A stretch of DNA of 63,451 nucleotides, counting the filler, from an uncultured Chlamydiae bacterium (lineage in GTDB: Bacteria > Chlamydiota > Chlamydiia > Chlamydiales > SM23-39), in NCBI GenBank assembly GCA_937899275.1. It is 12 parts of 12 records of this genome, joined end to end, with 100 filler letters (N's around TTAATTAATTAA, not from the genome) between each part and the next. Parts side by side here need not be neighbours in the genome. Positions count along the whole stretch, not along the records: positions 8,369 to 12,964 come from CALBPE010000055.1; positions 13,065 to 34,432 come from CALBPE010000056.1; 10 more parts are not named here. One strand, given 5' to 3'. Under the pieces are notes generated by a model, which ran no database searches, was not told the DNA's origin, and saw nothing but the letters and a program-made list of their open reading frames with translations. The position numbers were made by a program, and so were the translations under genes. The stretch's first letter is position 1; the number at the start of each line of letters is the position of its first letter. Positions 10,783-19,603 of this stretch are shown piece after piece.

Positions 10783-11754
10783 ATGAAACTTTTACTTGCT
10801 CAGCCTAGAGGCTTTTGCGCAGGTGTCGTCCGCGCTATTGATTCTGTCAAAGAAACCTTAAAACTCTACGGCCCTCCTGTCTATGTAAAACATGAAATCG
10901 TTCATAATAAGCATGTTGTAGATGAGCTCCGTCAAAAAGGCGCGATCTTTATCGAAGATGTAGAAGATGTGCCTGTCGGATCTATTTTGATCTATTCCGC
11001 TCATGGCGTTTCCCCACAAGTAAGAAAAGAAGCAAAAAAACGGCGTTTACTAGAGATCGACGCCACTTGTGGACTTGTGACAAAGGTGCATTCTGCGGCA
11101 AAGCGCTATGCAGATAAAGGCTATGAAATCATTTTGATTGGTCATAAAGACCACGTAGAAATTATTGGAACAAAGGGCGAAGCGCCAGAAAAAACCCACG
11201 TTGTAGAAAGTGAAGAGGATGTAGATGCCCTCACTTTTGGAAAAGAAGACCAGCTATTTTATCTAACGCAAACAACATTAAGCCTTCTTGATGTGAAAAA
11301 AATCACACAGAAACTGCAGAAAAAATATCCACAAATCCGCTCCCTTCCTTCCTCGTCTATTTGTTATGCCACCACAAACCGGCAGCTTGCTTTAGCGTCT
11401 TTTGCAAAAAAAACCGATGTGTTTTTTGTGGTAGGTGATCCTACAAGCTCCAATTCAAATAGGTTGAAAGAACTCGCCGCGTTAGAAGGTCCTTCTGCTT
11501 TTTTGATCAATGATGAAACGGAAATCACCCCATCTATGCTTGAAGGCGCCCATACTATTGGGATGAGCGCAGGAGCCTCTACTCCAGAGTCAATTGTGCA
11601 AAGGTGTATCCAAAAACTGCAAGAATATGGAGTGCATGAAATCGAAGAGGTGGCCTATAAAAAAGAAGAGGTCTTTTTTGATTTACCCAAAAATCTTCGC
11701 CAAATGATGAATAGCTCTTCTCAAAACCGCAAAGAAGATACAAGCCCTTTTTGA
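10783..11754 (+). CDS. ispH: 4-hydroxy-3-methylbut-2-enyl diphosphate reductase
   Basis: PRGFCAGV, HEIVHN, SAHGV, DATC, TQTTLS, ICYAT, SSNSNRL, AGASTP. Confidence 0.96.
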   Translation: MKLLLAQPRGFCAGVVRAIDSVKETLKLYGPPVYVKHEIVHNKHVVDELRQKGAIFIEDVEDVPVGSILIYSAHGVSPQVRKEAKKRRLLEIDATCGLVTKVHSAAKRYADKGYEIILIGHKDHVEIIGTKGEAPEKTHVVESEEDVDALTFGKEDQLFYLTQTTLSLLDVKKITQKLQKKYPQIRSLPSSSICYATTNRQLALASFAKKTDVFFVVGDPTSSNSNRLKELAALEGPSAFLINDETEITPSMLEGAHTIGMSAGASTPESIVQRCIQKLQEYGVHEIEEVAYKKEEVFFDLPKNLRQMMNSSSQNRKEDTSPF

Positions 11755-12446
11755 GCCGATGGCGCTACAGAGTCAGTTTTCAAAATAGCTCCGTCTTTTA
11801 AGGTAGCCATCTTCCCACCAAGTGTTTTTGCCCACGCAATGTCATGCGTGATGAATAGATAGCTGATCTGCCAGGTGCTCTGCAGCTGCAATAACAGTTG
11901 GATCATACGCTCTTTATTTTTCGCATCCAAAGAAGCTAAGATCTCATCGCAGACAAGCGCCTGCGGCCGCAAAGCAAGAGCTCTTGCGATATTGACTCTT
12001 TGGAGTTCTCCACCGCTACACTCTCCCGGTCTTTTTTGTAAAAAATAACTAGGCAGCTCTACTTGTTCTAATAGCTTCTTAATCGTGGATGGGGAAAAGG
12101 CCGCCTTTTGAATACGAAAGGGCTCTTCTAAAATGGACTGGATGTTTAGCTGGGGATTGAGCGAGCTGATCGGATCTTGAAAAATCAGCGGAATACGCTG
12201 CAGGTACCGCTTTTTTTCTTTTCTAGTCATGGAAGATACCGCCTTTTTTTCAAAATAGATCTCCCCTTGGTACGAGGTGAGCTGGGCGATGACTTTAGCA
12301 AGCGTGGATTTACCTACGCCAGATTTACCTACAATAGATAAAGTAGAGCTTTTATCTAGGGAAAAATTGAGCGTATTTAAGACTATGCGGCGCACCTTCA
12401 TAGGGTCTAGATACGACTTAAAAAGCCCTTTTCCTTCTAAGAGCAT
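11721..12446 (-). CDS. Oligopeptide ABC transporter ATPase (OppF-like)
   Basis: GKSGVGKS, FQDP.SSLNP, SGGELQR, ALVCDE, FITHD. Confidence 0.88.
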   Translation of the reverse strand: MLLEGKGLFKSYLDPMKVRRIVLNTLNFSLDKSSTLSIVGKSGVGKSTLAKVIAQLTSYQGEIYFEKKAVSSMTRKEKKRYLQRIPLIFQDPISSLNPQLNIQSILEEPFRIQKAAFSPSTIKKLLEQVELPSYFLQKRPGECSGGELQRVNIARALALRPQALVCDEILASLDAKNKERMIQLLLQLQSTWQISYLFITHDIAWAKTLGGKMATLKDGAILKTDSVAPSAQKGLVSSLRF

Positions 12447-12964
12447 AGCTGCACATCCTGCATATCAAAAATGGTATCGCAAAAAGATTGAGCAACGAAT
12501 TGATCATGAGTTACAAAAATATGCGCTGCTTGTAAATTTCTTAGTTCATCTAAGACTAAATGAATTGTTTCTGGATCAAGAGCTGTTGTCGGCTCATCGG
12601 AAAGTAAAATCTTCGGCTTTAATAGAGCAAACATGCCGATGACTACTCTTTGGCACATGCCTCCACTAAGCTCTTGAGGGTACATCTCATAGCAGGAGTT
12701 TGGGTTTTGTATGCCCAACCGCTGCAACTGGTTGATAGCAAGCATGCGGGTAAAAGATCGGGGAAGGTTTTGCTGTTGATGGATAGGCAGCAGCGCTTCA
12801 ATCATTTGGCTTCCGACTTTTCTGGTAGGATTCAGCTGAGAAAAAGGATTTTGGACGATCAAACCAATCTCTTTACCTCTAATTTCCTGCAATTTCTCTT
12901 GAGAAATAGAAAGAAGATCTTGTCCCTTATACACAATTTTACCCGATAGATCTTGTTTTTCTAA
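12437..12964 (-). CDS. Oligopeptide ABC transporter ATPase (OppD-like), C-terminal part
   Basis: IRGKEIG, YPQELSGGMCQRV, DEPTTALD. Confidence 0.88.
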   Translation of the reverse strand, partial: LEKQDLSGKIVYKGQDLLSISQEKLQEIRGKEIGLIVQNPFSQLNPTRKVGSQMIEALLPIHQQQNLPRSFTRMLAINQLQRLGIQNPNSCYEMYPQELSGGMCQRVVIGMFALLKPKILLSDEPTTALDPETIHLVLDELRNLQAAHIFVTHDQFVAQSFCDTIFDMQDVQLCS

Positions 12965-13064
12965 NNNNNNNNNNNNNNNNNNNNNNNNNNNNNNNNNNNN
13001 NNNNNNNNTTAATTAATTAANNNNNNNNNNNNNNNNNNNNNNNNNNNNNNNNNNNNNNNNNNNN
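12965..13064. other. Artificial contig linker
   Basis: N44-TTAATTAATTAA-N44. Confidence 0.99.
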
Positions 13065-13211
13065 CCTCGATAGTCGAACCTGATTATTCGGCAAACCAAG
13101 TAAAAATCCGAAATTTTAACTTTTATTCAAAAAAAGATCAATAAAAGTTATTACAAAAAACTTGGTATGTGTAGAGTGTCAGCTGTTTTGTTTATCATAT
13201 AAGATAGGAGC

Positions 13212-13565
13212 ATGTATATGACAGCAATATCACCACGCCAACCTAGTGGCGATTGGCAAGAAATTACTACAGCCAACGAGTCAGCCGCTGAAGGCAAGCA
13301 GAGGATGGCCCTTTTACATATAGAGGAAAAAGAGGATCCGTCTAATGCGGCGGACTTCGCTGCTGATTCTAAAAATCTTGAGGCTAAGTTACAAGACACT
13401 GCAGAAAAAGTAAAGACAACTGCAGCAAGAGTGCAAGAGCTTGAGAAAGCTTTGAAAGATACGAAAAAAGCAGTCAAAAGACTGGAAAACCCACCTGTTA
13501 CTTTGGAAAAATTGCTAAGAATGATATTTTTTTGTGAACCTCTCTTTCTCCCTCCTCACAAATAA
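13212..13565 (+). CDS. Hypothetical coiled-coil protein
   Basis: AGGAG RBS; heptad-like LEAKLQDTAEKVKTTAARVQELEKAL. Confidence 0.6.
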   Translation: MYMTAISPRQPSGDWQEITTANESAAEGKQRMALLHIEEKEDPSNAADFAADSKNLEAKLQDTAEKVKTTAARVQELEKALKDTKKAVKRLENPPVTLEKLLRMIFFCEPLFLPPHK

Positions 13566-13680
13566 TTTTATGGAATATGCAATAACATGATTGTGTGACT
13601 AGTAGCATGTCTGCGTAATTCGCTAGGTTATCATTGCTATAGTTCACTCTAATCTAAGCATGAATTTTTCGGTTAAAGCC

Positions 13681-13711
13681 ACTGGCAGAAGTTTATTAGA
13701 TTTCTGCCAGT
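13681..13711. repeat. Inverted repeat ACTGGCAGAA-N11-TTCTGCCAGT
   Basis: Perfect 10-bp arms. Confidence 0.75.
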
Positions 13712-13743
13712 TTCATTTACAACCTCAAGAAATATGGGAAGTT

Positions 13744-14628
13744 ATGCAACTTGAAAGACATTTCCCAGAAAGATAGCGAGATGAGCGCGAAGTGCAAGGT
13801 TATTACGCGGCGTTAGCTAAGCTAGAACAATACGCAGCCCAAGGTGTTTCTGTTACTGAAAAAATAATCCAAACACTACATGCGCTTGTTATGAGTGATG
13901 GTAGAACGCGCGTTCAACCTACACCCTATCGTGACGGACAAAACGTTATTAAAGATAGTGGAACAGGTACAATCGTTTACCTGCCCCCGGAATCTAAAGA
14001 TGTGTCTGGTCTTATGCGTAATCTTGCTTTTTGGATCAAAGAAAATGAAGAGTTGCCATGTCCTATTGTTGCAGGTGTTGCCCATTATCAGTTTGCAACA
14101 ATTCACCCTTACTATGATGGCAACGGAAGAGCCGCTAGGTTGCTAACAACATTAATCTTACATCTTGGCGGCTATGATTTAAAAGGTCTGTACTCTTTAG
14201 AAGAGCATTATGCTAAAAACCTTTTGAGATACTATCGAGCAATTAGTATCGGGCCTTCCCACAATTATTATTTTGGCCGAGCCGAGAGCGATATCACCGA
14301 ATGGCTTGAATATTTCACAGAAGGGATGGCTTTTGCGTTTGAAAAAGTTGTTAGCCAAATGATGGCAAGCAATAAACAAGGTGGAAAAGATCACTCGGAA
14401 CTTATGCGAATGCTCGATCCAAAACAACGGAAGTCACTAGAATTATTCAAAGAGTATGATGTTGTCACCAGCAAGCAAGTTGGTGATTTATTTGGTTTTC
14501 AGCCTAGAACAAATTCTTCTCTTTGCAAAAAATGGGTAGATGCTGGTTTTTTAGAAATTGTCGACCCGAGTCTAAAATCAAGAAAATACAGCTTGGCTAG
14601 TAAATACAAAGAATTATTGGATAATTAA
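13744..14628 (+). pseudogene. Fic-family protein with C-terminal HTH, N-terminally truncated, in-frame TAG 13774-13776
   Basis: HPYYDGNGRAAR Fic motif; upstream frame HFPER*RDEREVQGYY. Confidence 0.85.
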
Positions 14629-14629
14629 A

Positions 14630-14725
14630 ATGACTCATACTACAACAAAACAGACTGTACTTATAACAGGCGTAAATAATCCTGAAGGCATAGGTGCTGC
14701 AATTGCAAAATCATTGTATAACAGT
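14630..14725 (+). pseudogene. SDR oxidoreductase N-terminal fragment cut by IS end
   Basis: MTHTTTKQTVLITGVNNPEGIGAAIAKSL (Rossmann TG...GIG). Confidence 0.7.
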
Positions 14726-14960
14726 TGGAGTAGCCCCCAAAAAAGTGGACCGCTAACCTGCTAACTTGGTTTTTTCCATCAGAGCTTTAGCATGTGAGAT
14801 CCCATTACTCTCTGGACTATCAGCCGGTGTTCTGCAGATTTCTAAGCCTAGATCTCTACCGAAGCGGACGGTCTCTTTGGCTGCATAACAACTTCTATTA
14901 TCCGATAGCCATTGGACTGGTGTAGTTAATCGGTTTTCTTCTGTTCTATACTCTACGCTT
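14726..14960 (-). mobile_element. IS3-family (IS2-like) remnant: terminal IR plus OrfB fragment
   Basis: TGGAGTAGCCCCCAAAAAAGTGGAC end; minus-strand PVQWLSDNRSCYAAKETVRFGRDLGLEICRTPADSPESNGI resembles IS2 OrfB. Confidence 0.8.
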
Positions 14961-14967
14961 TTTTTGT

Positions 14968-15060
14968 CATGCGGATAAGTATGTCATTACCAATCCGATA
15001 AGTTCTGTTGTCGCGGCCTTGGTGCGCAACCTCGGTTACAGTTAAGTCTGCATATTCAGA
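14968..15060 (-). pseudogene. Aminoglycoside phosphotransferase-family N-terminal fragment
   Basis: SEYADLTVTEVAHQGRDNRTYRIGNDILIRM matches the G.DNRT.R.G...IRM pattern. Confidence 0.55.
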
Positions 15061-15103
15061 AGATGGAGAATTTACTAGTTTTCCCCGAGTTCAATGGAAA
15101 ATT

Positions 15104-16288
15104 TCATTTAATATTTCTTTTTATTATTGAAAATGCGGGATAGCTATCCTTACGCTCTAAAATCGGTGTTTCACCACGCTCTATAGCCTGCCAATAACTC
15201 GATGGTAATTTTTTCGTTCCTAGCTCGTAATCCATTCCATCCCACTCATCTTCCCTGAAAGCATAAAAAGCAAAATGCCACCCTTCTTGATTGAAAATAT
15301 TGATTAAATCTTCAAAATATTTCTCTAGTCCAGATGACATGCGGTGCCCACCGAACTCTCCAACTAATATTCTATGGCGAGCTATATGGTGCTTTTTTTG
15401 GAATTCAACTACAGATGACATATAGTCTTTAAGTGCTTGTTTGTCCCACTGCCTGCCATTTATCTGGCCTGGATATTTGAATTTACCATTATTCATTTTA
15501 TGATTTGTATACTCATACGGCTCATACATATGAAAAGAGTAAAGAATGTTTTTATCTTTCTGAGGAATCAGAAAAGAAAAAGTTTGAGGGTCGCCATATG
15601 CAGAACTGTCGAGAATAATAGGCGTGTCTTTATCGATTAGCCTAATATGCTTTATAATACGGCTATATAATGCGTGAAGCATTTTTTGAGACTCTTCTTG
15701 ATATACTGCGTTTATATGCACTTCATTAGGTACAAAAATTCTTTCTGGATGAGGTTCATTGAGTATATTGTATCCTATGACTGCAGGGTGGTCCTTTAAC
15801 GCTGCAGCTAAATCTTGCCAAAAAAGAGTAGCCTGCATCTGATATTTTTTATCTTTCCAAATCCTTAAGTCATCTTTATCTTGATTATTTTGCTTCCAGC
15901 GCGAGCCAGGAAGACTCAGCATCGTAATAACTACCGGCATTTTTTCTTGGTAACATATATCCAATATTTTCTTTAGTTGTTCTAGATCTTCTTTAACTAA
16001 CGCACGATAATCATCTGCATTCCCTATTAAAAAATCACGATGTGAAGTTGAGAATTTATCTGGAGATAGTCTTATAAACTCTATGCCATATGCTTTTGCT
16101 GCTTTTATCTCTTTAGATCCAATATTTTTATTGAAAATATTGGCGCCTTTTTTTTGAGATTGCCAAAATACGATTCTAGGGGAACTTTTAATACTTTCGT
16201 TTGCAAATGCAGAGTTCACTGTGATAGTTGTTAGCAGCGTATAAAATGGAATTAACTTTAAAATATAGTTTTTGCGATATTTTTTCAT
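15104..16288 (-). CDS. Secreted glycoside hydrolase family 5 (cellulase family)
   Basis: Signal peptide (AFA); YNILNEP acid/base, SFHMY, LVGEFG nucleophile. Confidence 0.85.
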   Translation of the reverse strand: MKKYRKNYILKLIPFYTLLTTITVNSAFANESIKSSPRIVFWQSQKKGANIFNKNIGSKEIKAAKAYGIEFIRLSPDKFSTSHRDFLIGNADDYRALVKEDLEQLKKILDICYQEKMPVVITMLSLPGSRWKQNNQDKDDLRIWKDKKYQMQATLFWQDLAAALKDHPAVIGYNILNEPHPERIFVPNEVHINAVYQEESQKMLHALYSRIIKHIRLIDKDTPIILDSSAYGDPQTFSFLIPQKDKNILYSFHMYEPYEYTNHKMNNGKFKYPGQINGRQWDKQALKDYMSSVVEFQKKHHIARHRILVGEFGGHRMSSGLEKYFEDLINIFNQEGWHFAFYAFREDEWDGMDYELGTKKLPSSYWQAIERGETPILERKDSYPAFSIIKRNIK

Positions 16289-16589
16289 AATGCCTCTTCT
16301 TTATAATGCTGCAAGCAGAGTAGGGCCTCTTAGAGCATCATCAAACTTATTTTCATTACTATCAGAATACCTACTTGCCATAAGCAATACCACCGTTACC
16401 ATTATAGCAAGCCAATTTTAGATAATTAAACTACTGAAGGATCTAAAAGTTGCAATGATGAGTGTAATGCAGGTCATTATAACCCCGATTGCGAAGTCTC
16501 ATTTTAATCTAAAATGCGTTTTGAGCAATTTTTCTTGAATTCACGCAAGTCTCATTATATCGTAAATAGTGAATAAAGCATAAAAGGTT

Positions 16590-18038
16590 ATGATGGCAAC
16601 ACAGGTATTTATTGGTCGAAAAAATGAGCTAGATCGATTAAAGGCTCTTCATAAGAAAAAAACACCTAACTTAGTTGTCGTTAAAGGCAGACGAAGAGTC
16701 GGCAAAAGCCGTTTGATCAATTTCTTTGCGTCATCATGCCCAGAAAATAGGTTTTGGGATTTTGCTGGACTTGCACCACAAAAAGGCATGAATGATCAAA
16801 GTCAGCGCGATCATTTTGCACGCCAGCTTGCAACCCATCTCAAGCTACCACCTTTTACATTCCAGGATTGGACTGATGCTTTTGAACATTTAAGTAGTTA
16901 TATTAAACCGGGTAATATCATCTTATTTGATGAAATCTCATGGATGGGCTCTAAAGACCCCAGTTTTATTCCCAAGCTCAAAGCTTGGTGGGATAAACAG
17001 AAGCTCCCTATTATGGTTGTTTTCTGTGGATCGGTATCGACATGGATAGAAGAAAATATCCTAAAAAGTACGGCATTTTTTGGACGAATTAATCTAACTA
17101 TTACTTTAGAACCACTTCCAATACGTGATGCAAATAAACTACTTCGCACCTCAGGTTTTAAAGGATCTGATTACGACACATACAAATTGCTCAGTATTTT
17201 AGGCGGTATTCCTTGGTACTTAGAACAAATCACACCTGGCCAAACAGCAGATGGTTTAATCAAGCAGTTGTGTTTTGAAAAAGATAGCTTGCTTGCTCTA
17301 GAGTTTGCCCGGATTTTCCATGATTTATTTAATGGTAAAGGCGCTTCTTATAAAAAAATTCTCGATAGCCTAAAAGACGGCATGAAAACACTGGCTGATG
17401 TGCGCAAAATAACCGGATTCCCTCGTAGCGGCGCCTTAAGCAGTTTTATGGAACATTTAATTATTGCTGGCTTTGTATCAAAACAAAATCTTTGGTCATT
17501 TAAAACCAATAAGCCGCTCAAACAGAGCCTGTATCGCATTTCTGATCCCTACATGCGCTTCTACCTAAAGATTATAGAGCCTCAGCGAAATAAAATTGAT
17601 TTAAATGGATTTCAGAATACGACTATCTCAAGCTTACCTGGATTTGAAGCGCATATTGGCTTGCAACTAGAGCAATTGCTTTTGCAAAATAGAAATGCGC
17701 TGCTTAGAAGCATAGGCCTTAATCCGGCGGATATTATTGCTAGCGGCCCATTTAGGCAGTCTAAGTCAACGACCAAAGCCGGTTGCCAAATTGATTTCTT
17801 AATTCAAACGACAACTAAAAACCTATTTGTCTGCGAGTTCAAATTTAAACGTCGAGAATTAGGAGCAGATGTTCTATCTGAAGTTCAAGATAAAGTAACA
17901 GCATTAAAAGTGCCGCGAGGATTTGCTGTGATTCCAGTATTATTTCATGTTGGCGGCGTATCTAGCAATGTCGCAACTAGTGATTATTTTTATAGAATTA
18001 TAGATATCTCTGACTTTTTAAAAGAGGATCATCAATGA
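16590..18038 (+). CDS. AAA (archaeal-type) ATPase with winged helix and C-terminal PD-(D/E)XK-like (DUF234) domain
   Basis: FIGRKNEL, GRRRVGKS, ILFDE, CGS, GGIPWYLE, QIDFLI...VCEFK. Confidence 0.85.
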   Translation: MMATQVFIGRKNELDRLKALHKKKTPNLVVVKGRRRVGKSRLINFFASSCPENRFWDFAGLAPQKGMNDQSQRDHFARQLATHLKLPPFTFQDWTDAFEHLSSYIKPGNIILFDEISWMGSKDPSFIPKLKAWWDKQKLPIMVVFCGSVSTWIEENILKSTAFFGRINLTITLEPLPIRDANKLLRTSGFKGSDYDTYKLLSILGGIPWYLEQITPGQTADGLIKQLCFEKDSLLALEFARIFHDLFNGKGASYKKILDSLKDGMKTLADVRKITGFPRSGALSSFMEHLIIAGFVSKQNLWSFKTNKPLKQSLYRISDPYMRFYLKIIEPQRNKIDLNGFQNTTISSLPGFEAHIGLQLEQLLLQNRNALLRSIGLNPADIIASGPFRQSKSTTKAGCQIDFLIQTTTKNLFVCEFKFKRRELGADVLSEVQDKVTALKVPRGFAVIPVLFHVGGVSSNVATSDYFYRIIDISDFLKEDHQ

Positions 18039-18244
18039 CAAATTTATCGGCGCGTTATAAGCATAATATCGGCATAGCGTAAACATGAACCAGTTAACTG
18101 AAAGACAACAAACATACAATAACATATCTAGCGCTCTAGCCTGCATGAGCAATAAACAGCTAAAACAACTTCTTGCTTATTGGAGCGCCGCCCACTTTGC
18201 AAAAACGAACCTCAAAACGGTAAAATCGAGAAAACCCAGTACAA

Positions 18245-18453
18245 TCAAGGGGTTGATAGATGCGTACCTCCGGCGCCGACATTCGTATGTAACGGAGAAT
18301 AAAATAGGGCATTTTTGGTGATTTTGCGATGCTCTAAGTACGCATGTGTTGCATAGCTAAACTCGCTAAAGGCCATGATACTGGGGCTTTAGTAGGTGTT
18401 TGCTAACACAGAAATCCAGGAAAAATTTTTCGAGAATTAAAAACTGGCGGAGG
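18245..18453. repeat. Direct repeat copy 1 (~210 bp) ending in duplicated tRNA-Ser 3' end (att-like TGGCGGAGG)
   Basis: Near-identical to 19250-19461. Confidence 0.93.
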
Positions 18454-18518
18454 TTAGGATCCCTCAATATAGCGCTCTCCAAACTGGGTAGGAAATGTGC
18501 AATATTACTCTATATGAT

Positions 18519-18557
18519 ATGTCCTTTAGGTGTCGAAAATCGTAACCTAAGGGACAT
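18519..18557. promoter_or_regulatory. 39-bp imperfect palindrome 1 (putative recombinase/regulator site)
   Basis: ATGTCCTTTAGGTGTCGA-AAA-TCGTAACCTAAGGGACAT. Confidence 0.6.
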
Positions 18558-18609
18558 TTCAGGCAAAGCAGCTGCTATAGGTGCTTTTCAATCTATAAAC
18601 TTGTCTACA

Positions 18610-18648
18610 ATGTCCTTAGGGTTACGAATATTGAAATCTAAAGGACGT
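18610..18648. promoter_or_regulatory. 39-bp imperfect palindrome 2
   Basis: ATGTCCTTAGGGTTACGA-ATA-TTGAAATCTAAAGGACGT. Confidence 0.6.
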
Positions 18649-18654
18649 TTTGAA

Positions 18655-19227
18655 CACAAAAATGCTGATCCCATAGGGCAAACAATAGATGCAATAAGAG
18701 CGGTTCTAAAACCTTGGCTTGGTGATCCTAAATGGAAAATTACCCAGCGCAGTGCGAAATTGATTTATAAATATGAAGCGATCAATAAGATGCCAGCAAA
18801 GCTAAAAATTGAAATCAATACCACTGAGCATTTCCAAGTGCTGCCATTACGCACTGAAGAGTTCAATGTTGATTCTGATTGGTGGAGCGGCAATGCCAAA
18901 ATTGCAACTTATGAGATTGATGAGTTAATGGCAACAAAACTTAGAGCACTTTACCAAAGACGTAAAGGACGGGATCTATTTGATTTGTGGTATATCACCA
19001 AAAATGAGTTGATCAATCTGGATCGCGTATTTGAAATATTTACCAAATACTGCGCCAATGATGATTCTCATTTCACTAAAGATGAGTTCATAAAGAATCT
19101 AGAGCTTAAACGTGATCACCAAGCTTTCCAGTCAGATATGCATGCATTGCTGCCAACTGGATTAAAGTGGAACTTTGATGAAGCATACCAGTTTGTTGTA
19201 GATAATGTTATCAGCAGGCTGCCATGA
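18655..19227 (+). pseudogene. AbiEii-family nucleotidyltransferase toxin, C-terminal part only (start approximate)
   Basis: KLKIEINTTEH, ELMATKLRALYQRRKGRDLFDL; N-terminal GGT..RxSEDxD motif absent. Confidence 0.8.
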
Positions 19228-19249
19228 AACTAGCTTGGGTTACTGATAT

Positions 19250-19461
19250 TCAAAGGGGTTGATAGATGCGTACCTCCGGCGCCGATATTCGTATGTAACG
19301 GAGAATAAAATAGGGTATTTTTGGTGATTTTGCGATGCTCTAAGTACGCATGTGCCCGGTAACTAAAACTCGCTAAAGGCCATGGATACTGGGGCTTTAG
19401 TAGGTGTTTGCTAACACAGAAATCCAGGAAAAATTTTTCGAGAATTAAAAACTGGCGGAGG
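19250..19461. repeat. Direct repeat copy 2, overlapping tRNA-Ser 3' end
   Basis: Near-identical to 18245-18453. Confidence 0.93.
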
Positions 19462-19542
19462 AAGAGGGATTCGAACCCTCGGTACTCTTTCGAGCACACA
19501 CGCTTTCCAAGCGTGCTCCTTCAGCCACTCGGACACTCCTCC
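19453..19542 (-). tRNA. tRNA-Ser (anticodon GGA)
   Basis: GGAGGAGTGTCCGAGTGG...CACGC-TTGGAAA-GCGTG, long variable arm, GGTTCGAATCC, encoded CCA. Confidence 0.97.
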
Positions 19543-19603
19543 AGTAATGATCCTATGAGTTTAGGACAAAAACAGAATAAACGCAAGGTGGGGCCTATCT
19601 CCT

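Noticed and set aside
13065..13100. GATAGTCGAACCTGATTATTCGGC at a contig start as a dispersed repeat end
   Set aside because: Single copy in this window; cannot be supported without a genome-wide search
18050..18085. Possible dif (XerCD) site
   Set aside because: Only a GCATAA core; no convincing TTATGTTAAAT arm
18400..18654. N-terminal ~85 aa of the 275-aa ORF as part of AbiEii
   Set aside because: Translates the direct repeat, att-like site and palindromes; shares its start with the spurious ORF across the tRNA
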